Positions 28,101 through 41,500 of a DNA stretch of 64,000 nt are shown piece by piece (position 1 is the stretch's first letter; every line of letters starts with the position of its first letter). The notes under the pieces were generated by a model, which did no database searches, was not told the origin of the DNA, and worked only from the letters and a program-made list of their open reading frames with translations. The translations under genes and the position numbers were made by a program. Source of the DNA: Eledone cirrhosa (Eukaryota). The DNA lies in the NCBI GenBank assembly GCA_964016885.1, contig OZ024741.1:247256001-247320000 (forward strand), written 5' to 3'.

Positions 28101-31100
28101 TGTAAATTATCTCCCCTTGGAGGCTGGAATTTATCTCCCCTTTGACGGCTGGAAATAATCTCCCCTTGGACGGCTAGAAATTACCTCTCCTTGGACGGCT
28201 GGAAATTATCTCCCCTTGAACGGCTGGAAATTATCTCCCCTTGGACGGCTGGAAATTATCTCCCCTTGGACGGCTGGAAATTATCTCCCCTTGGACGGCT
28301 AGAAATTACCTCTCCTTGGACGGCTGGAAATTATCTCCACTTGGACGGCTGGAAATTATCTCCCCTTCGCTGGCTGGAAATCATCTCCCTTTGGACGGCT
28401 GGAAATTATAGCTGCTTGTAGGGCTGGAAATTATCTCCCCTTGGACGGCTGGAAATTATCTCCCCTTGATTTATTTTACTAATTATCTCCCCCTGATTTT
28501 TTTTACAAATTATCTCCGCCTGATTTTTTTTAAAAAATTATCTCCCCTTGGCTGGATGGAAATTATCTCCCCTTGGACGGCTGGAAATTATCTCCCCTTG
28601 GAGCCTAGAAATTACCTCTCCTTGGACAGCTGTAAATTATCTCCCCTTGGACGGCTGGAAATTATCTCGCCTTGGACGGCTGGAAATTATCTCCCCTTGA
28701 TTTTGTATACAAATTATCTCCCCCTGATTTTTTTTTACAAATTATCTGCCCCTGATTATATTTTTACAAATTAGCTCCGCCTGATTTTTTTAAAAAATTA
28801 TCTCCCCTTGGACGGCTGGAAATTATCTCCCCTTGGACGGCTGGAAATTATCTCCCCTTGAACGGCTAGAAATTACCTCTCCTTGGAGGGCTGGAAATTA
28901 TCATCCCTTGGACGGCTGGAAATTATCTCCCCTTGATTTTTTTTACAAATTATCTCCCCTTGGACGGCTGGAAATTATCTCCCCTTGGACGGCTGGAAAT
29001 TATCTCCCCTTGGACGGCTAGAAATTACCTCTCCTTGGACGGCTGAAAATTATCTCCCCTTGGACGGCTGGAAATTATCTCCCCTTGATTTTTTTTTACA
29101 AATTATCTCCCCCTGATTTTTTTTACAAATTATCTACCCCTGATTTTTTTTACAAATTATCTCCCCCTGATTTTTTTTACAAATTATCTCCCCCTGATTT
29201 TTTTTACAAATTATCTCCCCCTGATTTTTTTTTACAAATTATCTCCCCCTGATTTTTTTACAAATTATCTCCCCCTGTTTTTTTTACAAATTATCTCCGC
29301 CTGATTTTTTTAAATATTATCTTCCCTTGGCTGGCGGGAAATTATCTCCCCTTGGACGGCTGAAAATTATCTCCCCTTGGACGGCTGGAAATTATCTCCC
29401 CTTGATTTTTTTTACAAATTATCTCCCCCTGATTTTTTCTTACAAATTATCTCCCCCTGATTTTTTTACAAATTATCTCCCCCTGATTTTTTTTACAAAT
29501 TGTCTCCCCCTGATTTTTTTTACAAATTATCTCCCTCTGATTTTTTTACAAATTATCTCCCCTTGGCTGGCTGGAAATTATCTCCCCTTGGACGGCTAGA
29601 AATTACCTCTCCTTGGACGGCTGGAAAATATGTCTCCTTGGACGGCTGGATATTATCTCCCCTTGGACGGCTGGAAATTATCTCCCCTTGGACGGCTGGA
29701 AATTATCTCCCCTTGATTTTTTTACAAATTATCTCCCCCTGATTTATTTTACAAATCTCCCAATTTTAAAAAATAAATTATCTCCCCTTCGCTGGCTGGA
29801 AATTATCTCCCCTTCGACGCTGGAAATTATAGCCCCTTGGAGGGCTGGAAATTATCTTCCCTTGGACGGCTGGAAATTATCTCCCCTTGATTTTTTTTAC
29901 AAATTATCTCCCCCTGATTTTTTTTACAAATTATCTCCCCCTGATTTTTTTTACAAATTATCTACCCCTGATTTTTTTTACAAATTATCTCCCCCTGATT
30001 TTTTTTTACAAATTATCTCCCCCTGATTTTTTTTTACAAATTATCTCCCCCTGATTTTTTTACAAATTATCTCCCCCTGATTTTTTTTACAATCTCCGCC
30101 TGATTTTTTTAAAAATTATCTTCCCTTGGCTGGCTGGAAATTATCTCCCCTTGGACACTGGAAATTATAGCCCCTTGGAGGGCTGGAAATTATCTTCCCT
30201 TGGACGGCTGGAAATTATCTCCCCTTGATTTTTTTTACAAATTATCTCCGCCTGATTTTTTTTTACAAATTATCTCCCCCTGATTTTTTTTTACACATTA
30301 TCTACCCCTGATTTTTTTTTACAAATTATCTCCCCCTGATTTTTTTTACAAATTATCTCCCCCTGATTTTTCTTTTACAAATTATCTCCCCCTGATTTTT
30401 TTACAAATTATCTCCCCCTGATTTTTTTTACAAATTATCTCCGCCTGATTTTTTTAAATATTATCTTCCCTTGGCTGGCGGGAAATTATCTCCCCTTGGA
30501 CGGCTGGAAATTATCTGCCCTTGATTTTCTTTTTACAAATTATCTTCCACTGATTTTTTTTTACAAATTATCTCCACCTGATTTTTTAAAAAATTATCTC
30601 CCCTTGGAAGGCTGGAAATTATCTCCCCTTGGACGGCTGGAAATTATCTCCCCTTGGACGGCTAGAAATTATCTCTCCTTGGACGGCTGAAAATTATCTC
30701 CCCTTGGACGGCTGCAAATTATCTCCCCTTGATTTTTTTTACAAATTTTCTCCCCCTGATTTTTTTTACAAATTATCTCCCCCTGATTTTTTTACAAATT
30801 ATCTCCCCCTAATTTTTTTTTACAAATTATCTCCCCCTGATTTTTTTTTACAAATTATCTCCCCCTGATTTTTTTTTTACAAATTATCTCCCCCTGATTT
30901 TTTTACAAATTATCTCCCCCTGATTTTTTTTACAATCTCCGCCTGATTTTTTTAAAAATTATCTTCCCTTGGCTGGCGGGAAATTATCTCCCCTTGGACG
31001 GCTGGAAATTATCTCCCCTTGGAAGGATGGAAATTATCTCCCCTCGGACGGCTGGAAATTATCTCCCCTTGCACGGCTGGAAATTATCTCCCCTTGGCTG

Positions 31101-31640
31101 GAAATTATCTCCCCTTGGACGGCTAGAAATTATCTCTCTTTGGACGGCTGCAAATTATCTCCCTTTGATTTTTTTTACAAATTATCTCCCTCTGATCTTT
31201 TTTACAAATCTCCCCCTGATTTTTTTAAAAAAATTATCTCCCCTTCGCTGGCTGGAAATTATCTTCCCTTGGACGGCTGGAAATTATCTCCCCTTGATTT
31301 TTTTTACAAATTATCTCCGCCTGATTTTTTTTAAAAATTATCTCTCCTTGGACGGCTGGAAATTATCTCCCCTTGATTTTTTTACAAATTATCTCCCCCT
31401 GATTTTTTTTTACAAATTATCTCCCCCTGATTTTTTTTTACAAATTATCTACCCCTGATTTTTTTTTACAAATTATCTCCCCCTGATTTTTTTTACAAAT
31501 TATCTCCGCCGGATTTTTTTAAATATTATCTTCCCTTGGCTGGCGGGAAATTATCTCCCCTTGGACGGCTGAAAATTATCTCCCCTTGGACGGCTGGAAA
31601 TTATATCCCCTTGATTTTTTTTACAAATTATCTCCCCCTG
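13110..31640. repeat. Head-to-tail tandem duplication of a ~9.27-kb unit (copy 1 ~13110-22375, copy 2 ~22376-31640)
   Basis: Constant 9266-9268 offset for ORF pairs 14208/23474, 17021/26289, 18155/27423, 20059/29327 and 21726/30994. The TTATATCCCC marker lies at ~22333 and ~31601. Confidence 0.93.
18020..19650. repeat. Divergent monomer island (second copy ~27288-28918)
   Basis: Dense variants not noticed elsewhere: GCACTGCTGG, GACGACTGG, CCCTCATTT, CGCTGGTTGG, GCTGTAAA, TGAACGG, AAATCATC, TAGCTGCTTGTAGGG, GGACAGCTGT, TTTGTATAC, GATTATATTT, TTAGCTCCG and TCATCCC. Confidence 0.9.
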
Positions 31641-34600
31641 ATTTTTTTTACAAATTATCTCCCCCTGATTTTTTTTACAAATTATCTCCCCCTGATTTTT
31701 TTTTACAAATTATCTCCCCCTGATTTTTTTTACAAATTATCTCCCCCTGATTTTTTTTACAAATTATCTCCCCCTGATTTTTTTTTACAAATTATCTCCC
31801 CTGATTTTTTTACAAATTATCTCCCCCTGATTTTTTTTACAAATTATCTCCGCCTGATTTTTTAAAATATTATCTTCCCTTGGCTGGCGGGAAATTATCT
31901 CCCCTTGGACGGCTGGAAATTATATCCCCTTGATTTTTTTTACAAATTATCTCCCCCTGATTTTTTTTACAAATTATCTCCCCCTGATTTTTTTTACAAA
32001 TTATCTCCCCCTGATTTTTTTTTACAAATTATCTCCCCCTGATTTTTTTTACAAATTATCTCCCCCTGATTTTTTTTACAAATTATCTCCCCCTGATTTT
32101 TTTTTACAAATTATCTCCCCCTGATTTTTTTTACAAATTATCTCCCCCTGATTTTTTTTACAAATTATCTCCCCCTGATTTTTTTTACAAATTATCTCCC
32201 CCTGATTTTTTTTACAAATTATCTCCCCCTGATTTTTTTTTACAAATTATCTCCCCCTGATTTTTTTTACAAATTATCTCCCCCTGATTTTTTTTACAAA
32301 TTATCTCCCCCTGATTTTTTTTTACAAATTATCTCCCCTGATTTTTTTACAAATTATCTTCCACTGATTTTTTTTACAAATTATCTCCACCTGATTTTTT
32401 AAAAAATTATCTCCCCTTGGAAGGCTGGAAATTATCTCCCCTTGGCTGGAAATTATCTCCCCTTGGACGGCTAGAAATTATCTCTCTTTGGACGGCTGGA
32501 AATTATCACCCCTTGAGTTTTTTACAAATTATCTCCCCCTGATTTTTTTTACAAATCTCCCAGTGATTTTTAAAAAAAAATTATCTCCCCTTCGCTGGCT
32601 GGAAATTATCTCCCCTTGGACGCTGGAAATTATAGCACCTTGGAGGGCTGGAAATTATCTTCCCTTGGACGGCTGGAAATTATCTCCCCTTGGACGGCTG
32701 GAAATTATCTCTCCTTGGACGGCTAGAATTTACCTCTCCTTGGACGGCTGAAAATTATCTCCCCTTGGACGGCTGGAAATTATCTCCCCTTGATTTTTTT
32801 TACAAATTATCTCCCCCTGATTTTTTTTTACAAATTATCTCCCCCTGATTTTTTTTACAAATTATCTCCCCCTGATTTTTTTTTACAAATTATCTCCCCC
32901 TGATTTTTTTTACAAATTATCTCCCCCTGATTTTCTTACAAATTATCTCCCCTTGGCTGGCTGGAAATTATCTCCCCTTGGAGGCTGGAACTTATGTCCC
33001 CTTGGACGGCTAGAAATTACCTCTCCTTGGACGGCTGGATGATATGTCTCCTTGGACGGCTGGATATTATCTCCCCTTGGACGGCTGGAAATTATCTCCC
33101 CTTGGACGGCTGGAAATTATCTCCCCTTGGATGGCTAGATATTACCTCCCCTTGGACGGCTGGAAATTATCTCCCCTTGATTTTTTTTACAAATTATCTC
33201 CCCCTGATTTTTTTTTACAAATTATCTCCCCCTGATTTTTTTTTACAAATTATCTCCCCCTGATTTTTGTTTACAAATTATCTCCGCCTGATTTTTTTTT
33301 AAAAATTATCTCCCCTTGGACGGCTGGAAATTATCTCCCCTTGGACGGCTAGAAATTACCTCTCCTTGGACGGCTGAAAATTATCTCCCCTTGGACGGCT
33401 GGAAATTATCTCCCCTTGATTTTTTTACAAATTATCTCCCCCTGATTTTTTTTTTACAAATTATCTCCCCCTGATTTTTTTTTTACAAATTATCTCCCCC
33501 TGATTTTTTTACAAATTATCTCCCCCTAATTTTTTTTACAAATTATCTCCGCCTGATTTTTTTAAATATTATCTCTCCTTGGCTGGCGGGAAATTATCTC
33601 CCCTTGGACGGCTGGAAATTATCTACCCCTGATTTTTTTTACAAATTATCTCCCCCTGATTTTTTTTACAAATTATCTCCCCCTGATTTTTTTTTACAAA
33701 TTATCTACCCCTGATTTTTTTTACAAATTATCTCCCCCTGATTTTTTTTACAAATTATCTCCCCCTGATTTTTTTTACAAATTATCTCCCCCTGATTTTT
33801 TTACAAATTATCTCCCCCTGATTTTTTTTACAAATTATCTTCCTCTGATTTTTTTACAAATTTTCTCCCCTTGGCTGGCTGGAAATTATCTCCCCTTGGA
33901 CGGCTAGAAATTACCTCTCCTTGGATGGCTGGAAATTATCTCCCCTTGGACGGCTGGAAATTATCTCCCCTTGGACGGATAGATATTACCTCCCCTTGGA
34001 CGGCTGGAAATTATCTCCCCTTGATTTTTTTACAAATTATCTCCCCCTGATTTATTTTACAAATCTGCCAATGATTTTTAAAAAAAAATTATCTCCCCTT
34101 CGCTGGCTGGAAATTATCTCCCCTTGGACGCTGGAAATTATAGCCCTTGGAGGGCTGGAAATTATCTTCCCTTGGACGGCTGGAAATTATCTCCCCTTGA
34201 TTTTTTTTACAAATTATCTCCCCCTGATTTTTTTTACAAATTATCTCCCCCTGATTTTTTTTACAAATTATCTACCCCTGATTTTTTTTTACAAATTATC
34301 TCCCTCTGATTTTTTTTACAAATTATCTCCCCCTGGAGATTTTTTTTTACAAATTATCTCCCCCTGATTTTTTTTACAAATTATCTCCCCCTGATTTTTT
34401 TTACAAATTATCTACCCCTGATTTTTTTTACAAATTATCTCCCCCTGATTTTTTTTTACAAATTATCTCCCCCTGATTTTTTTTTACAAATTATCTCCCC
34501 CTGATTTTTTTACAAATTATCTCCCCCTGATTTTTTTTACAATCTCCGCCTGATTTTTTTTAAAATTATCTTCCCTTGGCTGGCTGGAAATTATCTCCCT

Positions 34601-37600
34601 CTGATTTTTTTTACAAATTATCTCCCCCTGATTTTTTTTTACAAATTATCTACCCCTGATTTTTTTTTACAAATTATCTCCCCCTGATTTTTTTTACAAA
34701 TTATCTCCCCCTGATTTTTCTTTTACAAATTATCTCCCCCTGATTTTTTTACAAATTATCTCCCCCTGATTTTTTTTACAAATTATCTCCGCCTGATTTT
34801 TTTAAATATTATCTTCCCTTGGCTGGCGGGAAATTATCTCCCCTTGGACGGCTGGAAATTATCTACCCTTGATTTTCTTTTTACAAATTATCTTCCACTG
34901 ATTTTTTTTACAAATTATCTCCACCTGATTTTTTTAAAAATTATCTCCCCTTGGAAGGCTGGAAATTATCTCCCCTTGGCTGGAAATTATCTCCCCTTGG
35001 ACGGCTAGAAATTATCTCTCTTTGGACGGCTGGAAATTATCACCCCTTGAGTTTTTTACAAATTATCTCCCCCTGATTTTTTTTACAAATCTCCCAGTGA
35101 TTTTTAAAAAAAAATTATCTCCCCTTCGCTGGCTGGAAATTATCTCCCCTTGGACGCTGGAAATTATAGCCCCTTGGAGGGCTGGAAATTATCTTCCCTT
35201 GGACGGCTGGAAATTATCTCCCCTTGATTTTTTTTACAAATTATCTCCCCCTGATTTTTTTTTACAAATTATCTCCCCCTGATTTTTTTTACAACTTATC
35301 TGCGCCTGATTTTTTTAAAAAAATTATCTCCCCTTGGACGGCTGGAAATTATCTCCCCTTGGACGGCTGGAAATTATCTCTCCTTGGACGGCTAGAATTT
35401 ACCTCTCCTTGGACGGCTGAAAATTATCTCCCCTTGGACGGCTGGAAATTATCTCCCCTTGATTTTTTTTACAAATTATCTCCCCCTGATTTTTTTTTAC
35501 AAATTATCTCCCCCTGATTTTTTTACAAATTATCTCCCCTTGGCTGGCTGGAAATTATCTCCCCTTGGAGGCTGGAACTTATCTCCCCTTGGACGGCTAG
35601 AAATTACCTCTCCTTGGACGGCTGGAAAATATGTCTCCTTGGACGGCTGGATATTATCTCCCCTTGGACGGCTGGAAATTATCTCCCCTTGGACGGCTGG
35701 AAATTATCTCCCCTTGGATGGCTAGATATTACCTCCCCTTGGACGGCTGGAAATTATCTCCCCTTGATTTTTTTTACAAATTATCTCCCCCTGATTTTTT
35801 TTACAAATTATCTCCCCCTGATTTTTTTTTACAAATTATCTCCCCCTGATTTTTGTTTACAAATTATCTCCGCCTGATTTTTTTAAATATTATCTCTCCT
35901 TGGCTGGCGGGAAATTATCTCCCCTTGGACGGCTGGAAATTATCTCCCCTTGGAAGGATGGAAATTATCTCCCCTTGGACGGCTGGAAATTATCTACCCC
36001 TGATTTTTTTTACAAATTATCTCCCCCTGATTTTTTTTACAAATTATCTCCCCCTGATTTTTTTTACAAATTATCTACCCCTGATTTTTTTTACAAATAA
36101 TCTCCCCCTGATTTTTTTTACAAATTATCTCCCCCTGATTTTTTTTTTACAAATTATCTCCCCCTGATTTTTTTACAAATTATCTCCCCCTGATTTTTTT
36201 TACAAATTATCTCCGCCTGATTTTTTTAAATATTATCTTCCCTTGGCTGGCTGGAAATTATCTCCCCTTGGACGGCTAGAAATTACCTCTCCTTGGACGG
36301 CTGGAAATTATCTCCCCTTGGACGGCTGGAAATTATCTCCCCTTGGACGGATAGATATTACCTCCCCTTGGACGGCTGGAAATTATCTCCCCTTGATTTT
36401 TTTACAAATTATCTCCCCCTGATTTATTTTACAAATCTCCCAATGATTTTTAAAAAAAAATTATCTCCCCTTCGCTGGCTGGAAATTATCTCCCCTTGGA
36501 CGCTGGAAATTATCTCCCCTTGGACGGCTGAAAATTATCTCCCCTTGGACGGCTGGAAATTATCTCCCCTTGATTTTTTTTACAAATTATCTCCCCCTGA
36601 TTTTTTTTTACAAATTATCTCCGCCTGATTTTTTTTACAAATTATCTCCCCCTGATTTTTTTTTACAAATTATCTCCCCCTGATTTTTTTACAAATTATC
36701 TCCCCCTGATTTTTTTTACAAATTATCTCCGCCTGATTTTTTAAAATATTATCTTCCCTTGGCTGGCGGGAAATTATCTCCCCTTGGACGGCTGGAAATT
36801 ATCTGCCCTTGATTTTCTTTTTACAAATTATCTTCCACTGATTTTTTTTACAAATTATCTCCACCTGATTTTTTAAAAAATTATCTCCCCTTGGACGGCT
36901 GGAAATTATCTCCCCTTGGACGGCTGGAAATTATCTCCCCTTGGACGGCTGGAAATTATCTCTCCTTGGACGGCTAGAATTTACCTCTCCTTGGACGGCT
37001 GAAAATTATCTCCCCTTGGACGGCTGGAAATTATCTCCCCTTGATTTTTTTTACAAATTATCTCCCCCTGATTTTTTTTTACAAATTATCTCCCCCTGAT
37101 TTTTTTTTACAAATTATCACCCCCTGATTTTTTTTTACAAATTATCTCCCCCTGATTTTTTTTACAAATTATCTCCCCTTGGCTGGCTGGAAATTATCTC
37201 CCCTTGGAGGCTGGAACTTATCTCCCCTTGGACGGCTAGAAATTACCTCTCCTTGGACGGCTGGAAAATATGTCTCCTTGGACGGCTGGATATTATCTCC
37301 CCTTGGACGGCTGGAAATTATCTCCCCTTGGACGGCTGGAAATTATCTCCCCTTGGATGGCTAGATATTACCTCCCCTTGGACGGCTGGAAATTATCTCC
37401 CCTTGATTTTTTTACAAATTATCTCCCCCTGATTTTTTTTTACAAATTATCTCCCCCTGATTTTTTTTTACAAATTATCTCCCCCTGATTTTTGTTTACA
37501 AATTATCTCCGCCTGATTTTTTTTTTAAAATTATCTCCCCTTGGACGGCTGGAAATTATCTCCCCTTGGACGGCTAGAAATTACCTCTCCTTGGACGGCT

Positions 37601-37635
37601 GAAAATTATCTCCCCTTGGACGGCTGGAAATTATC
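31350..37635. repeat. At least 6.3-kb block duplicated at ~57580-64000 (offset 26229, then 26365 after a 136-bp indel); second copy reaches the window end
   Basis: ORF pairs 31536/57765 and 32488/58717 (26229), and 32994/59359, 35853/62218 and 37270/63635 (26365). Shared CTGGAGAT, ATCTGCCAATG and GGATGATATG variants. Confidence 0.93.
31917..32405. repeat. Longest type B run noticed (18 monomers; consensus AAATTATCTCCCCCTGATTTTTTTTAC); copy at ~58146-58635
   Basis: Counted 18 consecutive TGA(T)n tails with no GACGGCTGG tail. Confidence 0.93.
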
Positions 37636-38149
37636 TCCCCTTGATTTTTTTACAAATTATCTCCCCCTGATTTTTTTTTTACAAATTATCTCCCCCTGAT
37701 TTTTTTTTACAAATTATCTACCCCTGATTTTTTTTTACAAATTATCTCCCCCTGATTTTTTTTTACAAATTATCTACCCCTGATTTTTTTTACAAATTAT
37801 CTCCCCCTGATTTTTTTTACAAATTATCTCCCCCTGATTTTTTTTTTACAAATTATCTCCCCCTGATTTTTTTACAAATTATCTCCCCTTGATTTTTTTT
37901 TACAACTTATCTGCGCCTGATTTTTTTTAAAAAATTATCTCCCCTTGGACGGCTGGAAATTATCTCCCCTTGGACGGCTGGAAATTATCTCTCCTTGGAC
38001 GGCTAGAATTTACCTCTCCTTGGACGGCTGAAAATTATCTCCCCTTGGACGGCTGGGAATTATCTCCCCTTGATTTTTTTTACAAATTATCTCCCCCTGA
38101 TTTTTTTTTACAAATTATCTCCCCCTGATTTTTTTTTACAAATTATCTC

Positions 38150-41100
38150 CCCCTGATTTTTTTTTACAAATTATCTCCCCCTGATTTTTTTACAAATTAT
38201 CTCCCCTTGGCTGGCTGGAAATTATCTCCCCTTGGAGCCTGGAACTTATGTCCCCTTGGACGGCTAGAAATTACCTCTCCTTGGACGGCTGGAAAATATG
38301 TCTCCTTGGACGGCTGGATATTATCTCCCCTTGGACGGCTGGAAATTATCTCCCCTTGGACGGCTGGAAATTATCTCCCCTTGGATGGCTAGATATTACC
38401 TCCCCTTGGACGGCTGGAAATTATCTCCCCTTGATTTTTTTTACAAATTATCTCCCCCTGATTTTTTTTTACAAATTATCTCCCCCTGATTTTTTTTTAC
38501 AAATTATCTCCCCCTGATTTTTGATTACAAATTATCTCCGCCTATTTTTTTTTAAAAATTATCTACCCTTGGACGGCTGGAAATTATCTCCCCTTGGACG
38601 GCTAGAAATTACCTCTCCTTGGACGGCTGAAAATTATCTCCCCTTGGACGGCTGGAAATTATCTCCCCTTGATTTTTTTACAAATTATCTCCCCCTGATT
38701 TTTTTTTTACAAATTATCTCCCCCTGATTTTTTTTTTACAAATTATCTCCCCCTGATTTTTTTACAAATTATCTCCCCCTAATTTTTTTTACAAATTATC
38801 TCCGCCTGATTTTTTTAAATATTATCTCTCCTTGGCTGGCGGGAAATTATCTCACCTTGGACGGCTGGAAATTATCTCCCCTTGGAAGAATGGAAATTAT
38901 CTCCCCTTGGACGGCTGGAAATTATCTACCCCTGATTTTTTTTACAAATTATCTCCCCCTGATTTTTTTTACAAATTATCTCCCCCTGATTTTTTTTTAC
39001 AAATTATCTACCCCTGATTTTTTTTACAAATTATCTCCCCCTGATTTTTTTTACAAATTATCTCCCCCTGATTTTTTTTACAAATTATCTACCCCTGATT
39101 TTTTTTACAAATTATCTCCCCCTGATTTTTTTTTACAAATTATCTCCCCCTGATTTTTTTACAAATTATCTCCCCCTGATTTTTTTTACAATCTCCGCCT
39201 GATTTTTTTAAAAATTATCTTCTCTTGGCTGGCTGGAAATTATCTCCCCTTGGACACTGGAAATTATAGCCACTTGGAGGGCTGGAAATTATCTTCCCTT
39301 GGACGGCTGGAAATTATCTCCCCTTGATTTTTTTTACAAATTATCTCCGCCTGATTTTTTTTTACAAATTATCTCCCCCTGATTTTTTTTTACAAATTAT
39401 CTACCCCTGATTTTTTTTTACAAATTATCTCCCCCTGATTTTTTTTACAAATTATCTCCCCCTGATTTCTCTTTTACAAATTATCTCCCCCTGATTTTTT
39501 TACAAATTATCTCCCCCTGATTTTTTTTACAAATTATCTCCGCCTGATTTTTTTAAATATTATCTTCCCTTGGCTGGCGGGAAATTATCTCCCCTTGGAC
39601 GGCTGGAAATTATCTACCCTTGATTTTCTTTTTACAAATTATCTTCCACTGATTTTTTTTACAAATTATCTCCACCTGATTTTTTAAAAAATTATCTCCC
39701 CTTGGAAGGCTGGAAATTATCTCCCCTTGGCTGGAAATTATCTCCCCTTGGACGGCTAGAAATTATCTCTCTTTGGACGGCTGGAAATTATCACCCCTTG
39801 AGTTTTTTACAAATTATCTCCCCCTGATTTTTTTACAAATTATCTCCCCCTGATTTTTTTTACAAATTATCTCCGCCTGATTTTTTTAAATATTATCTTC
39901 CCTTGGCTGGCGGGAAATTATCTCCCCTTGGACGGCTGAAAATTATCTCCCCTTGGACGGCTGGAAATTATCTCCCCTTGATTTTTTTTACAAATTATCT
40001 CCCCCTGATTTTTTTTTACAAATTATCTCCCCCTGATTTTTTTACAAATTATCTCCCCCTGATTTTTTTTTACAAATTATCTCCCCCTGATTTTTTTTAC
40101 AAATTATCTCCCTCTGATTTTTTTACAAATTATCTCCCCTTGGCTGGCTGGAAATTATCTCCCCTTGGACGGCTAGAAATTACCTCTCCTTGGACGGCTG
40201 GAAAATATGTCTCCTTGGACGGCTGGATATTATCTCCCCTTGGACGGCTGGAAATTATCTCCCCTTGGACGGCTGGAAATTATCTCCCCTTGGACGGATA
40301 CATATTACCTCCCCTTGGACGGCTGGAAATTATCTCCCCTTGATTTTTTTACAAATTATCTCCCCCTGATTTATTTTACAAATCTCCCAATGATTTTTAA
40401 AAAAAAATTATCTCCCCTTCGCTGGCTGGAAATTATCTCCCCTTGGACGCTGGAAATTATAGCCCCTTGGAGGGCTGGAAATTATCTTCCCTTGGACGGC
40501 TGGAAATTATCTCCCCTTGATTTTTTTTACAAATTATCTCCCCCTGATTTTTTTTACAAATTATCTCCCCCTGATTTTTTTTACAAATTATCTACCCCTG
40601 ATTTTTTTTACAAATTATCTCCCCCTGATTTTTTTTTACAAATTATCTCCCCCTGATTTTTTTTTACAAATTATCTCCCCCTGATTTTTTTACAAATTAT
40701 CTCCCCCTGATTTTTTTTACAATCTCCGCCTGATTTTTTTAAAAATTATCTTCTCTTGGCTGGCTGGAAATTATCTCCCCTTGGACACTGGAAATTATAG
40801 CCACTTGGAGGGCTGGAAATTATCTTCCCTTGGACGGCTGGAAATTATCACCCCTTGATTTTTTTTACAAATTATCTCCGCCTGATTTTTTTTTACAAAT
40901 TATCTCCCCCTGATTTTTTTTTACAAATTATCTAACCCTGATTTTTTTTTACAAATTATCTCCCCCTGATTTTTTTTACAAATTATCTCCCCCTGATTTC
41001 TCTTTTACAAATTATCTCCCCCTGATTTTTTTACAAATTATCTCCCCCTGATTTTTTTTACAAATTATCTCCGCCTGATTTTTTTAAATATTATCTTCCC

Positions 41101-41500
41101 TTGGCTGGCGGGAAATTATCTCCCCTTGGACGGCTGGAAATTATCTACCCTTGATTTTCTTTTTACAAATTATCTTCCACTGATTTTTTTTACAAATTAT
41201 CTCCACCTGATTTTTTAAAAAATTATCTCCCCTTGGAAGGCTGGAAATTATCTCCCCTTGGCTGGAAATTATCTCCCCTTGGACGGCTAGAAATTATCTC
41301 TCTTTGGACGGCTGGAAATTATCACCCCTTGAGCTTTTTACAAATTATCTCCCCCTGATTTTTTTTACAAATCTCCCTGTGATTTTTTAAAAAAAATTAT
41401 CTCCCCTTCGCTGGCTGGAAATTATCTCCCCTTGGACGCTGGAAATTATAGCCCCTTGGAGGGCTGGAAATTATCTTCCCTTGGACGGCTGGAAATTATC
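38150..41500. repeat. ~3.3-kb block duplicated at ~54250-57600 (offset ~16097)
   Basis: ORF pairs 38832/54928, 39903/56000 and 40207/56304. Shared ATAGCCACTTGG, GATTTCTCTTTT, CTAACCC and GAGCTTTT. Confidence 0.85.
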
